DNA of 57,336 bases, filler included, from Sphacelaria rigidula (taxonomy: Eukaryota), in NCBI GenBank assembly GCA_964200075.2. It is 8 parts of 8 records of this genome, joined end to end, with 100 filler letters (N's around TTAATTAATTAA, not from the genome) between each part and the next. Parts side by side here need not be neighbours in the genome. Positions count along the whole stretch, not along the records: positions 35,900 to 42,978 come from CAXNAA020016596.1; positions 43,079 to 50,157 come from CAXNAA020016597.1; 6 more parts are not named here. One strand, 5' to 3'. Shown piece by piece: positions 35,999-48,525 of the stretch. Position 1 is the stretch's first letter; every line of letters starts with the position of its first letter. The notes below the pieces were generated by a model. That model was given only the letters and a program-made list of their open reading frames with translations. It searched no databases and was not told where the DNA came from. The translations under genes were made by a program, and so were the position numbers.

Positions 35999-38300
35999 AT
36001 TCACTAATTGACCGCTTTTCAGTCTCAATCGTACTTTCAACTCTCAATTTCACGAAAACGTTGTCGTACCTGGTGTAGTTGTATCTCGCACCATTTTTGG
36101 AACACAATGCTGTAGAGATCGTTTGGAGTAATTGTAAACAACGGTTGGTTGTAGAGGGCTGTGCTCTACATCCGTACTGCAATAGGCACGTCTGTTTACT
36201 GCAACAAGCAATAAGTGGAGATCGAGTCGTTTAACCACATACAAAAACGTTGTTATTTCCCCTCGATATGGGTCGGCATTCAGAGTCGAATGTGAATCCT
36301 CGGACCTCGAGCACAGAGGGTTGCGAAAGATACTGCTCGGTTACGAAGCGTGTCAAGCAGCGATAGCCGACAAAGGCAGTCAAAGCTACGCTTTTGTGCT
36401 ATGAACCAGCGACAAAGGCAAACGCAGCAAACTGAACATCTTCCTCGATTTTCTTCCCAGCGACAGTTCGCAAGAGAGAAATGCCATACAGAGCCCGCTC
36501 TGCGATACCACGACCGCTGTACCGACAAAATTACGCCTACAGAAACGAGGCAACACACCCTTTCAAGTGCTGAAATTTTCGACGAGCTTGACGATGTTAT
36601 GATGACAATCCTTGAGGCGCTGTTGCCCACGATGTATAGGACCGAAGTATATTGTTGACGTACAGGGACACAGCACCAGATCCATCCTCGAACCCTAGTT
36701 TCATCGTCGTCCTGTTTGAAGAGGACACTACTTCCTTTGTGATGAGCCCTGCTGCCACCAGCTCTACTTTAATTGTGGATGCGTTGTCAGTTCTTGTAGT
36801 TCATCAATGAAACTGATGACCCGTTTGTGAGCATTGTTACTTGGGGTGATATTGACATGCCATGATGAGGATTTTTGCTCCAGCTCGCTTCTGCGAAGGC
36901 CGCGAAGGCTGCGAGCTTGGAAGCTCTACACTTGTGGGTAAAGGCGAAGTTTGTGAAGCCTGCGGCGTAGAAAAATGAATGCTTGGTCACCCCGCCGGGG
37001 GCCTCAGGTGATTTGGACGTTGCCCGCATTCGCTGAATGACTGCATGAAGTGAATTATAGCGTGACACCTCCATGATGTACATGGCGGCACCTGTGATCC
37101 ATTTGCACCGCTTTATAACCGCTGTATCCAGTATACGTAGCACTTTACCCACGGTTGGATGAGGGAAATTTCGCTTCGGAGTCTCGCTTTCTGTAATGTT
37201 TCACGACGTCCCCCGTGTACTCCTTGCAGTTGATGGTGATTGCTCCTTTCCTACGGTCAGTGACCTATGACAGGCCGCCCATGTCTGTTCAGTCGAAGCG
37301 GCCCATCAGCTGCTTGTGCTCAGCTGCTACTTGCTGGTGCTGGGAGCAACAGGACGTCGATTGAGAGCGCCAAGATTCCGAAGCCCGTGTCTCATGCTCG
37401 GGCACGTACAACTACGGGTCTGACTTGAGGGGGTCGAAGTCCGCTGGTGTCGAGGTGGTGATCTATGGTGCTGGCCGGTTCTTTGGGTTGCGACGAAGAC
37501 TGCACAGATTTTGCGTAGCTGCTTGATCAGGGACAACCCGCACTTACGGTATTGCTTTTGCCACCTGGCGCCGTTTCATGTACACTTCTTCCTCGTCCAC
37601 GTCAAGAAAATACCCGTTGTACGTCCAGCATTTGCATTCCGTGGTCGAGTTCCACAGCTACTGTGAGCACAATTCGGAGCCTCTGTAGTCAATGGACGAG
37701 TGCGAAGGTGCCGCTGCAATCGACGACACGGGTTCGGGATTGACTCTGCATGAGTAGACTCTTTCGTATTGGTCTTCCATCTTGATCGCGAGCACCCATC
37801 TCGTTGCAATGTGTGGGAGGACCGACTGCTTTTTCGACCGGATCGGAGTTTAAACGCGCCCTTGACGAGGGTTAGCGTCAGGGTTAGGGTTAGTGCTAGG
37901 GTCAGGGGTGCGATCCCTGCAGGGGCTAGCCCAAGCGGTCTCGAAGAACGTCGATCGTGGGGTGTTCCAATTCTGATGCGGTCCAAGAAGCATGCAGTCC
38001 TCCCACGCATTACACCGTACCAACTCCCTCTTGTATAGAGATCCAGCTGGCAAACGCCGTATTTACCATAGATCGGTCATTTTATTGTCCGATGCTCCTC
38101 CCAACGCGCACCTTGCGGGAAGTCCATGCCCTCCCCGAAGCTGTCCTGGATTACTCCCTTGCAGTATTCACGCGAAAAGCTTCGCTGCATGTTGGTCGTG
38201 GCATAGTCGTATTCCGCACTGACAACGTCGCAGCTTGCACGAGTGGCCAGAGGGTTACCTTGCGGCACGTGCACGTCGCCAAACTCATTTGACAATTTTC
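35999..38300 (-). mobile_element. Degraded Ty1/Copia RT-RNase H remnant with 3' region
   Basis: AEYDYATTN...MDFPQGARW, KQLMGRFD*TDMG, ITGAAMYIMEVSRY, FAEASWSKNP and ELVAAG follow the Copia RT/RH motif order; interrupted by the MITE at 37805. Confidence 0.85.
37805..38014 (+). mobile_element. TGT...ACA MITE copy nested in Copia RT
   Basis: TCGT|TGCAATGTGTGGGAGGACCG...GTCCTCCCACGCATTACA|CCGT; interior GGGTTAGCGTCAGGGTTAGGGTTAG. Confidence 0.8.
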
Positions 38301-38971
38301 AATTGACAGCGCTCGCCCAACCTGCCCCAGAAAAACGAACTACCCCATGACGCGCCAGGTATCATGGAAGTAAACGTGGGCAAACTCCCTACCGCGATCA
38401 TCCTGCCGGGAAAGTGACACTCCAAAACCAAGTAGAAGGCACAGTACGTGACAATTCCGCGCTGAGGCTACCGTATACCGTACTTGGTCATAAAACAATG
38501 TGTCATTCCGCGTGGTGTACGTATTTGTCGAAATGAGTTTGCGCTCATATCGCAGAACTTCGTTTATTCGATATCTCTGAACGTTTCGGACAATTTATAC
38601 TCGGGTTCGGATATCTCCGAAGATGAAGCGACTTGACTTGTTCTCCGAAACTTCATGTTTAGAGAAGTCGGAACAATGTGGACTGCAATGCAGAACTTCG
38701 GAGAGTTGCCCTGCGTGTTCGTCGTGGCGCTCGCAACCCTTCGATAGTCATCAAGAACCATGTCAGTGACACCCTGGGCCATGTCGGAGCCTACAAAGCG
38801 CCGTGGGTTGGCGAGAGCGACGTCCTCAGGCCGGCGAGGGCGAGCCAACAACGAGATCAGCACTGTGTTCCGAATAAGAGAGGTCCGACGACAACGGCAG
38901 AACTCGATGAACACGCTACCCTCTGGGCCGTTTGGGAATCTAAGAAGTCTCAAGACGTCTCCAAAACCATG

Positions 38972-39081
38972 CACGGGTGGCCACTGGGGTGCCTGTAACC
39001 TCACATTTGGATGTTGCAGACCTTGTGCAACGTCTGTCACGTCCACATTTGAGGTTGCAGGCACCGCAGTGACCATCCGTG
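38972..39081. mobile_element. Short foldback MITE, CACGGGTGGCCA family
   Basis: 110-bp imperfect palindrome. Confidence 0.85.
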
Positions 39082-39169
39082 TGTTTGTCGACAATAATGG
39101 GCCTCAGTGTACAACAAACCTCGATACTCCATGCCATCCATCATAGCGCCCACGTTGCTGAGTGAGTAG

Positions 39170-42075
39170 CGACTATTCAAACGCGCCAAGCTGTCAGCAA
39201 CTCCTGTTTATTTTATTGAGAGCTTCCATACAAAACGCGGGGGTACTGTGCAATGCATGCTCAAAACCACTGATATACGCATGCCGTTCAATGTCACGTT
39301 TAAGCGATCCCAACGCATGACCGTTCTTATTTTCGAAACGACCGACACTCCTAGCCCCCAACACCTCGCAATCAACGAATTTCAGCGAAACCGCCCTTGA
39401 GTGTTGGCCACTTCAGACGACTGATGCTTTTGCGCGGATAAACGAACGATTCTATGGATTATGCAGAAAACTTCCGCCAGACGTCTTTTCTCAGCGTATA
39501 CGTAAGAAACACTCGAACCAGTGCCCGATAAATGTTGTGTGAAAGTGTTCAACTTGTCGACCAGTTCAGTCTTCTAAATCTGCATGTTACGTGGGCTGTC
39601 GCGCACATTCCCGTCCAGACACATGTGTTATCGGCCGCGCGGGGAGGGTTCGACTGGAAACTCGAGTAAAGGGTCGGGTGAAGGTTCCGCCGCCATAACT
39701 TCGCCGTGGTACATCGCCCACTACACCGCTCCGACTCCAGTTGCCGCCACTTCGCCGATCGCTGTCTCGCCGTCGGCTGTGCCGGCAACCACTCCAGCGC
39801 CATCCTCGACCGCTCCGACTCCAGTTGCCGCCACTTCGCCGACCACCGTCTCGCCGTCGGCTGTGCCAGTAACGGACCACCGTCTTCGCCGCGAAGAGAA
39901 TTTCCCCCCCATGCATACTACCTGTTTTCGCCGAAGTAATACGGGATCTCGGGCACGAGAAGGGCGTACGGATGGAGGGGCGTACCCGGTCAAGGACGCA
40001 GTTAGCGCATATACAGCGCGAACAGCAGGGGGCACCGATGTCGGAGCCTTCCCCGCCGGAAAGGGCGCCTAATTCCCTTGTGCACCACATGGGACTGGTG
40101 TCCATGATGGATGAAGACGCTCTGCTGCTAGTGCTAAGCGCCAGGGAGGCAATAGGCAGGACCTGCTCCAAGGAGCCACCACTTATTGAAGGTGACGAAG
40201 GCGTACCACATGCCTTCCCCGTGCTGCTCGCGCGGCAGCGGGACATGGACTACGCGATCCGGGAGCAGCGAGTTCCGCATAAGCCCCCCGACCTTCCGCA
40301 CTGTCAGGCAAGGGACTTGAGAATACGAAGGAGCTACGGCGAGGCAGTGCAATCTGAACACGGTCAGATATGGAGCGGTTCAACGAAGAAGGAGCTTTAC
40401 GGCCTACTGGAGGCTGGCACTTTCTACGAGGCCTAGCAACGACCGCAAAAGTACGCCCACGCGAGGTGGGTATACAACTAGGAGGCAGACGAGTACGCAT
40501 GGCCAACCAGGACCAAGTCAAGATTGATTGCAAGGGGAGATGGGCAATGGGTACCCATAGATTTTGGACAGTATTTTGCGCTCACAGTTGCCGTTTCTTC
40601 GACACGACTTTCAGCGGCAAAATTGCGTGTGCGTTAGAGTTGGATTTGTGTCATTTTGTGTCATTTTGATGTTGAGCAAGCATTCCTTCAATCACACCTA
40701 GGCGAAGATGTATCCATGAAGTAACCTCAAGGTTGGGTCAAGCTACTGGGTAAAACCGTCAAGCTTCGCAAATCGCTTTACGGTTTAAAACAAGCATCAG
40801 GGCAATGGCACACCCATTTAACGCGGTGTTTGTTGTTTTGGAGACTTGTATAGTGTTTCGCAGATGTTTGTGTGTTTCGTCTGATGGGGGAACGAAAGGT
40901 AGCTAGTATTGTTGTATATATATGATGATATATTCGCGGTAGGAAAGAGATCCAGATGTGACCAATTGCGAGGGATCTCAACGAAGTGGTTCCCGTAAGA
41001 AATGTGCGGCCATTTCAATGGTATTTGGAGTGCCTTTACGAAAGAAGGATGAAAGAAGGCACTCTTAAGGTGCTCAGTAGACTTACGCTGAGCAGTTGAC
41101 CGAATAGTTTGGAGTAGAAAGTAGTAAGAGTGTTCTACTTCCGGTAGGTGTGAGAGTCGATGACTCTGGTGCGGAGGAAGCACCAGGGGTATGGCTTTCG
41201 TGAACTAGTAGAATCACTCATGTAGCTTTCGACGCAGACGAGGCCGGATATCTCCAATGCAGTAAGCGTAGTGGCTAGGTACTGTGCTGCACCGGAAAAG
41301 ATACGCCGGAAATCAGCTCTCAGCATCTTGAGTTATGTGCAATGGACGAGTTCGTTGGGAATCATTTTTCAAAGAGGTACTGTAGGAGGATTGAGCTTGC
41401 AAGTATTTGTAGATGCAGATTATGCAAGTGAGGCAGCTAGCTGATCGGCCATCAGTTTGGGGGGGAGCAATCATGTGTGGAGGTGAATGTATTTTATGGT
41501 TTTCTCGAGCGCAGAAATGCGTCACGCTTCCTACACCGCAAGCAGGGTATGCAGACGCTCTTGAGGAGGTGTCATTCTTAAGACAGGTTGGGCGCTTCAT
41601 GTTGCCGGAGGTTGGTATGCCGTGCATCCCCGCATTTGAGGACAACCGAGGTGCTCTGCAAGTCGCACTAAACGCCGATACGAACTCTAATTCCAAGTAT
41701 ATAGATGTACGGCATCATTTCATCAGAGAACTGGTAGACAGAAGGGAGATCTCGGTCATGTTCACATCATCCGAATATCAGCATGCGGAATTCTTGATAA
41801 AGGCATTGATTGACCCAGGCATCGTTTGAGCTCCACCGAAATTTTGTGATGGATTCATGTCGGGTATTGCTTTTTTGGGGATTCTGGACATTGATTTCAT
41901 TTCGTGTAAGCACAGTATTGGGCATGCTTTTTAGTTGGATATTTTGTTATCACAAAACGACATGGGGCGATGAATGAATATTCTCACATGTGGGCTGATG
42001 AGGTTTGTACACCATCAGGCAATGCCACGAGCAGGGGGGATGCAAGAAATACTCGAACCAGTGCCCGATAGATTC
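39170..42075 (+). mobile_element. Degraded Ty1/Copia element (integrase end, RT, RNase H, PPT, start of 3' LTR)
   Basis: KELYGLLEAGTF, DVEQAFLQS, LRKSLYGLKQAS, TRPDISNAV, WFSRAQKCVTL, EDNRGAL, SKYIDVRHHFIRELV; PPT-like GAGCAGGGGGGA followed by TG at 42041. Confidence 0.9.
39725..39875 (+). repeat. 84-bp in-frame tandem duplication in the Copia INT-RT linker
   Basis: TAPTPVAATSP..VSPSAVP encoded twice. Confidence 0.9.
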
Positions 42076-42978
42076 ATTGATGAATAGATATGCAGAGATG
42101 AAACGGACGGGTGCGGAGAGAATACACTTCTGCAGCACTCATAGTGTCGCCAGTACGAAGTACATGTTCATGCCTAGACTGTCAAGGACCACACTCACGT
42201 GTCGATGTCTTCTGGTCGCAGTCAAACTCACAGAGCTGACAAGCGACTTCAGGATGCCAGAAAACGACCCGCACAGCGTCCAATGTGCAGTCAAAGTAAT
42301 ATAAATTTATTGGGTAGTTTGTTACTCCCTGCAGAAGGGGTGAAGTTGTACCGAAAGCAGGTGGGGCACTCAAAGCAGGGTACGATGCAGTAACCTGTCG
42401 GCGTCCCCTAACAAAATGATTCATTCTTCAAAGAGTCTTCCCGGCACTCTCTGCAAGGCAAACTGAATTAGCTTTAGTCCTGCAGAACGTCTTTCAGGAT
42501 CTTGTGCAGCTCCACATACGAGGCACAAGTACGAATTGCACCCTCCAACGTCTCATGGACTCACAAAAACTAAGTTGCTGTTCTCCAACCGTGCAACTGC
42601 TCCAATTTGAGGTGCTCCGTTCACATTGTCCCAATTTTGCAGTATCGTGGGTGCGTAAAATATGTCAAATACTTCTTCCCAACATTGCTAATGCTCGCCC
42701 GGCGCTAAAACGGAGGTTATTACGCTGCCGACGTATGCGATGATACGGTCTGAAGTGCCGCGCGAGGGGTGCCGCCGGTGCCCATGAAGCTAATCGTGCG
42801 GTCTAGGAGTGCATGGATGGCCTCAAAACATATAACAGCCGATTATAAATTTTGGGGTTCGCACAAAATATGGGGTTGAAGTGGCATTTCTCTCTTGCAC
42901 GGAAGACCCAAAAAACTAGCGACCTAGCGAGGCCATCTTCCCCCCCCAAATGATCGAAGCAGTTGAGCAGCTGTGGCT

Positions 42979-43078
42979 NNNNNNNNNNNNNNNNNNNNNN
43001 NNNNNNNNNNNNNNNNNNNNNNTTAATTAATTAANNNNNNNNNNNNNNNNNNNNNNNNNNNNNNNNNNNNNNNNNNNN
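42979..43078. other. Artificial contig spacer
   Basis: Same N44-TTAATTAATTAA-N44 structure. Confidence 0.97.
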
Positions 43079-43175
43079 CCTACTCCTAGTAGAGACACCT
43101 CCAACATTCTGGCGCTCATTACGTTTCTTCAAAAGCTCAGTAAATTGAGGGGAGGGGAGGTACTCATTTGTTGCC
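43079..43175 (-). mobile_element. LINE 3'-region fragments at contig start
   Basis: CCTACTCCTAGTAGAGACACCTCCAACATT and GTACTCATTTGTTGC next to G-rich DNA. Confidence 0.75.
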
Positions 43176-43784
43176 CCCCGAGGAGGGGGAGTGCAGTACA
43201 GACGCGACCGGCTGTGAAGAATATTGAAATTGGGTCCAGCTTGATTCATGTCTTTCCCCTGATACATGATGCAGGGATCCGCGCGCGGTCTCCGATCGAG
43301 TGCAGCCGCTTTACTGTAGTAAGATCAAATTCAGTTTGTAAGGTCAAATTCAGTTTTTTTTCTTTTGATAAATCTCAAGTCGTGAGTGATGCTACGGTAG
43401 GGGTGCACACATATTTTCTGAGGTTAGAATTGTTATCTAAGAACACCACTTATGACTATGGGTGAAATAATCTCATCTAAGAATTTCTTATCGGGGGGTC
43501 GTGCCTGTAAGTACGTGTGGTGCTGCTATTTTGTTTTTGTCAGTTTTGTGGGGATGGTGTAAACATATAAAGACAACTTTCATTTCAAACGATTTTTTCT
43601 CTCGTTTTTCTCTGGGGGACAGGACATATGCTAACACCTATCATCTTGTTTTTGTCGTCGAGGGAGACACGGTGGTGAGATGGTTGAGCCAGGCATTTCC
43701 CCCTCTCATTTGTGCTGTCAGCACGATTGAAACTCGTCTTCAGTACGAACACATGTGTAAATACTTCTCGAGTGTAGTGTGGAC

Positions 43785-44042
43785 TGTAGCCAAATGGTAC
43801 CAAGCCGTAGGTTTCAGTATAATTACATGCATGGTTGGAGCAGTGGCGGGGGACAGGGGATCCTGGATTGATGGCCCTTTTCTGTGTGGCCCCTTGCTGT
43901 CTGGCTCGTGATGTGATGTGATGAGGATCACCCCGTGATAATAACAAATTAGAAGAAAGGACTTGTCGAGCACGAGGCCAGTGATGCTGGAGGAGTCCTT
44001 CGTTGAAAGTTCTCTTGTCCAGATCGTCTAGCACAGGGTATA
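43785..44042 (+). repeat. 5' LTR
   Basis: TGTAGC...GGTATA; direct repeat of 48526-48783. Confidence 0.92.
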
Positions 44043-44234
44043 ATATCTAGATATTTCTTTTCGGCACTCTGTCGGAGGAGTTCGGCTGAGGAGAGGGGCC
44101 GCAGCTGGAAGCCAGTTTGGCTCGCAGTCGGAAGGAGACAGCTTGAAGCGGACAGCAGTGGAGGACACTCCGTGGGCTGGTGGACGCACAAGTCAGGCAA
44201 GAGTCTCTCCGTGAAGTGGTTAATCCTAGACTAC

Positions 44235-45074
44235 ATGGCTCAAGCGGCGGCAGCGCCGCTGGTGTTAGGTGAGCCACTAGACCCGCCAAATTATGGCGAG
44301 TTGTGGACAGAGGAAGCATCACGAGTTTTTTATGACAAACATATCGACTATTTAGAGAGGTTGCATTTGGCAAATGCACAAAGAGTCATACGGCATGCCA
44401 GGGTGAGCATCGGACAACGTATCCCAACATATATTCACCGATGCTTTGAAGGCATGTACAAGGACAGTTGAGCTATGACCCCCGACGAATGGCAAGATGC
44501 TGTGAAGCAGCATGCCGGGTACACCACAACCGGCGTCAAGCATGGCACTGCGCGGGCTGCAGCAGACCTACGTAGAGTTCTTACTATGCCGCAAAGCGGT
44601 GGAACATCCGTCAAGGATAGAGCGATGATGGCCAATTCATCAATGGAAACCTTTTTTGCTGAAAACCTCACGGTGCAAGCCATGTACCGTGGGGAGGACA
44701 GGAGCTGGTTGACAGGCCCGGCCGAGTCGACTTCCACAGCTTTGGTGGACGGAATTTCGCCTTCGGAGTTCAAAGCGTGTGTTAAAAGCGTACCAACGTA
44801 TGTAGACAATTGGAAAAATAATCCGACGGTGGTGTTCAACAACATATTTGATGCCGCCGACCACTGGAAGTTCAACGAGGCGCATTGCCAGCGCGGCTCT
44901 GCGGCAGATGCAGGTGGTGCGCGCCGCAAGCAACAACAGCAACGGAAACAGCAGCCGTCTTGGCGAGCGTCGTCCACTCGCGCGTGTTACAACTGCGGCA
45001 ACAACGGACACCAGATTCAGGACTGCCCCAAGCCTCGCGCTCAAGGCGCTGCTCAGGGCAATGCACGAGATTAA
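44235..45074 (+). pseudogene. gag: gag with CCHC zinc knuckle
   Basis: One in-frame TGA at 44469; CYNCGNNGHQIQDC knuckle. Confidence 0.85.
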
Positions 45075-45519
45075 TCAGAATCTCGAGGCGGTCGTCACGG
45101 TGGACGGGGCCGTGCCAACCAGGGACGCGGGCGCGGCGGCCGCGGTAGTAAGCAATCGGCGGCGGATGGTCGTTCCTCCGCTGCTATTTCTTCCACTACG
45201 TCATCAGGTGGTGGCTCTGGATTTTCTGGTTCGTCCGTGTCGGGGCGGGCAGTGTACGTGGGAAATGCAAATACTTCGGTGGGGAGTGCTGGAGCGAATA
45301 CTTCACAACCCCTCGGCCAGGCAGGATCCGTGTCTGGTGCATCTTCTACTGCTGCGGTGGCTGTAACAGCACCGTCTGCATATTCGGCGACGTCGTCTGG
45401 GTGGACCGCCGATTTTCAACTATCAATCTCAAGAGGTGGAGCGCAGCCCTGGCGTCAGGTGACTCTTGGTACCGACCAGGGTTCTTCGGCAGGCGTTGTG
45501 CCTGTCGATCGCAAGGCTG

Positions 45520-45900
45520 AATGTTTGCGCGCAGATATTTTATTGCCTGGTTCCGTAGGTTCGTTCATGGCCCGCGTTATTCTAGATTCTGGGTCCGCGC
45601 TCACGCCGATTGGCGTGGGGTTGCTAGAACAAATCTCTTGACGGCGCTCAGCTTCAGATTCGGTTCGAAAACGGACCGCAAACGGCACAGATCGCCACGG
45701 GTGCTCCCATGACGGTTACACAAAAAACCGTGCCGATTGCTGTCAGCGTGCGTACGCCGTGGGGGGCTGTGGAGTTGCAGCCCATCACGTTCGCTGTCAT
45801 GCCCGGCAGGGACAACGTGATAATGTTTGGGATGGCGACGATGAAGGAGCGTGAGATTGATCTATATCCGCTGGCGTTGAAGGAGTTACGTCCGCACCCT
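45520..45900 (+). pseudogene. Aspartic protease, frameshifted
   Basis: RVILDSGS active-site motif; later VIMFGMATM in a different frame. Confidence 0.8.
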
Positions 45901-46218
45901 GCGCCGGTGCAAACCAGCGTGGAAAAACCCCAGAAACCTTGCTGCAAGGCGTGTGATCGTACCCATACGGTCATTTCAGAGTGTCAATGAGGAGGAGGCT
46001 CCTGCGGATGCAGCGGTGGAGCACTTGGTCGATCGGGGGCCCGACATGTTCATGGACCCAGCGGAGGAGAGAGGTGCAAGAGAACGTGCGCTAGAGGATA
46101 GCGTGCAGCAGGCCGAGCAGAAGGGCCTGAGCGCCGATGGCGCACAGTGTCTGCGTGATATTTTGGCTCGTCGCGTGGATACATTCGTCGCGCGCTGCGT
46201 GGTGATCCGCCAGCGCGC

Positions 46219-47808
46219 GTGGAGCTCATGAGGGTGCATATCAAGCCACAGGCGAAGGTTGTGAAGGCCAAGCTCCGACGATACGATCCGGTGAAGACCA
46301 GGTGGTTTGCCTCATGCGTCGCAGCTTTGGTGGCGTTCGGTTTAGTGGTTAGGAACATCCAGGCTGTGTGGGCGAGTCCGGCGATGGCGGTGCCGAGGAG
46401 GGACACATTCCGTTTGGTCAGCGACTATCAGGCGGTGAATGAGCAAGTGGAACAGTCTCCGGGAGTGATGCCAAGCCAAGAAGACATGCGGGAGTTTCTG
46501 GGAGCCCAATGCTTCGGCAAGTTGGACCTGCTACAGGGGTATTGGCAGATGCCTCTGGCGCTAGAGGCTCAGGAGATCTTCACGATCGTCACGCCTGACG
46601 TCTTTTTTACGCCTACTCGTGTCCCACAGGGCGTGTTGAACGCCACGGCGTATTTCCAAGGTGTGCTGACCGACAGTTTGCGAGGTCTAGAGTGTACAGT
46701 GTGGGTGGATGACGTTTTCTATTTTGCTGAAACCGAAGAAGCATTTTCAGCTTTGCTTGACGAAATTCTTGGCCGCTTGGAGAGTGTTGGTCTGTTCGTC
46801 GCTGCGCATAAGTGCACCTCTTTTGCTCGCGAAGTGGTTTGGTGTGGTAAGGTGTACTCCAAGGGTACTGTTTCGCATGATCCCGTCCGCATCCAAGCTT
46901 TTAGCAATATGCGACGTTCTCACACCGCTAGTGAGCTGATGCAGTTTCTGCAGGCGGTGAATTGGTCGCGGACTTTGCTCCCGCGCATAGCGGAAGTAGT
47001 TGCGCCGCTTCGTGTGTTTCTGGAACAACGTATGGTGGGGGCTTCGCGTCGGACCAAGCGGGTGGCGTGTAATCGTAATATCCCGGAGGACGCTTGGACG
47101 GAAAATCGTGTGCGGGCATGGCGTGCTGCGCAAGATTTGGTGGCGCAAGCGGTGCCGTTGCATCATCCTCGTCCAGGGTTCGCTGTTCTGATGTTTCCAG
47201 ATGCTTCGGATTTCCACCAGGGTAGTTTTTCAACGCAAGTGCCTCTCGCCGAGTTCAGAAGTGGCATTGCGCTCGAAAACATGTCACACGAACCGTTGAC
47301 GTTTCTGAGCGGTAAGGTTAAGGGTTTACAGTTGCGGTGGGCGACAGAGGACAAAAAAGGTTTCGCGATAATCAATACATTTCGAACGCTAGAGTACTTG
47401 CTTTGGGGTGGTGTTCGCATTTTCGCCGATCATCGCAATCTGGAATACGTTTTTAACCCCAAAGGGTGTGTCACGTCGGTGACGAAGGCCATGGCACAAC
47501 GGCTTGAAAGTTGGAAAGGTGTGCTCGGCCAAGATCTGTGTGCCATTGAACACATTCCTGGAGAGCGCAATTTTTGGGGAGATTTGTTGTCTCGCTGGGT
47601 GAAGGTTCCTACCGTGCCTGTTCGTTCTATTGCAGTGTACAATCCGTGTGATGCCGATTATTCGCTGCCCTCGTTAGATGTCATTCGTACCGCGCAGCGC
47701 AAAAAAGTCGGCGACGGTGTTCATTCTTTCCCTACAACTTTCGGTCAAGCTGCCTTGGCTGACGATGGTTTGTTTCGCGTGCGTGTTGGTTACGGTGATG
47801 TTTTGTGA
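46219..47808 (+). CDS. pol: Reverse transcriptase + RNase H open frame (529 aa) of the Gypsy element
   Basis: LDLLQGYWQ, PQGVLNATAYFQ, WVDD, FPDAS, DHRNL, GERNFWGDLLSR. Confidence 0.93.
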   Translation: MELMRVHIKPQAKVVKAKLRRYDPVKTRWFASCVAALVAFGLVVRNIQAVWASPAMAVPRRDTFRLVSDYQAVNEQVEQSPGVMPSQEDMREFLGAQCFGKLDLLQGYWQMPLALEAQEIFTIVTPDVFFTPTRVPQGVLNATAYFQGVLTDSLRGLECTVWVDDVFYFAETEEAFSALLDEILGRLESVGLFVAAHKCTSFAREVVWCGKVYSKGTVSHDPVRIQAFSNMRRSHTASELMQFLQAVNWSRTLLPRIAEVVAPLRVFLEQRMVGASRRTKRVACNRNIPEDAWTENRVRAWRAAQDLVAQAVPLHHPRPGFAVLMFPDASDFHQGSFSTQVPLAEFRSGIALENMSHEPLTFLSGKVKGLQLRWATEDKKGFAIINTFRTLEYLLWGGVRIFADHRNLEYVFNPKGCVTSVTKAMAQRLESWKGVLGQDLCAIEHIPGERNFWGDLLSRWVKVPTVPVRSIAVYNPCDADYSLPSLDVIRTAQRKKVGDGVHSFPTTFGQAALADDGLFRVRVGYGDVL

Positions 47809-47829
47809 ATTCCGTCGGATGATGAGGCT

Positions 47830-48420
47830 CTACACACTCGCTTGATGGTGTGCTCTCACATGCGGTCGACCGGTCACCGTGGTGTGGCGCTGACTCTGTT
47901 TCGTCGCGGTGTCTCGCGAAACCAAGCGCAAGCTTGCTCAGGGCCAGGCTGTGTTGCCCAAGTTTGCAGCTGAAGATTTCGTCTTGTATGCCCGTTTTCG
48001 TAGGCAAGGTGTGACGCCAAAGTTGATGTCTACGTGGACAGGTCCGTGGCGAGTGGTCGGAGCNNNNNNNNNNCGATCACGCTCACGTGTATTCGGCGCA
48101 GAACATTGTTTCTGGCGCCGTACACCCAGCCCATGTCGCTCGTTTGTGTTTCTATGCTGACTCGCAGTTGCACATCACTGCGGAACTAAAAGATAGATGC
48201 ATTTCAGCATTCGTCTGCTCAAGGTGAATGTCGGATGAACGCTTTGGTGCACGTCGCTGAGGATGAAAGCGGTGATGTCATTGTTTTGGTCGATTGGGAA
48301 GGGTTCGGTGCTGAAGAACGTACACGGGAGTCTCTTCGCAAGGTTCTTTCTTCTGCGCCTGAGTTTGTTTTGAAGGAACTGCGTAAGCTGTGGTTGATTC
48401 GGGCGCTGACAAGTAAATGA
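47830..48420 (+). pseudogene. Integrase N-terminal stub fused to C-terminal GPY/F region and chromodomain
   Basis: CSHMRSTGHRG (first half of the HHCC finger) jumps to KLMSTWTGPWRVV; then VLVDWEGFGAEERTRE. Confidence 0.8.
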
Positions 48421-48525
48421 GCGTCGGAGTATGATATTTCTTTGTGATCTGGCGTCTGCGATTCCTCCTTGGTTTTTGTTGGGTGTCAAGCTCGTTCGTT
48501 TGTCTTAAATGCACTTCGAGGATGC

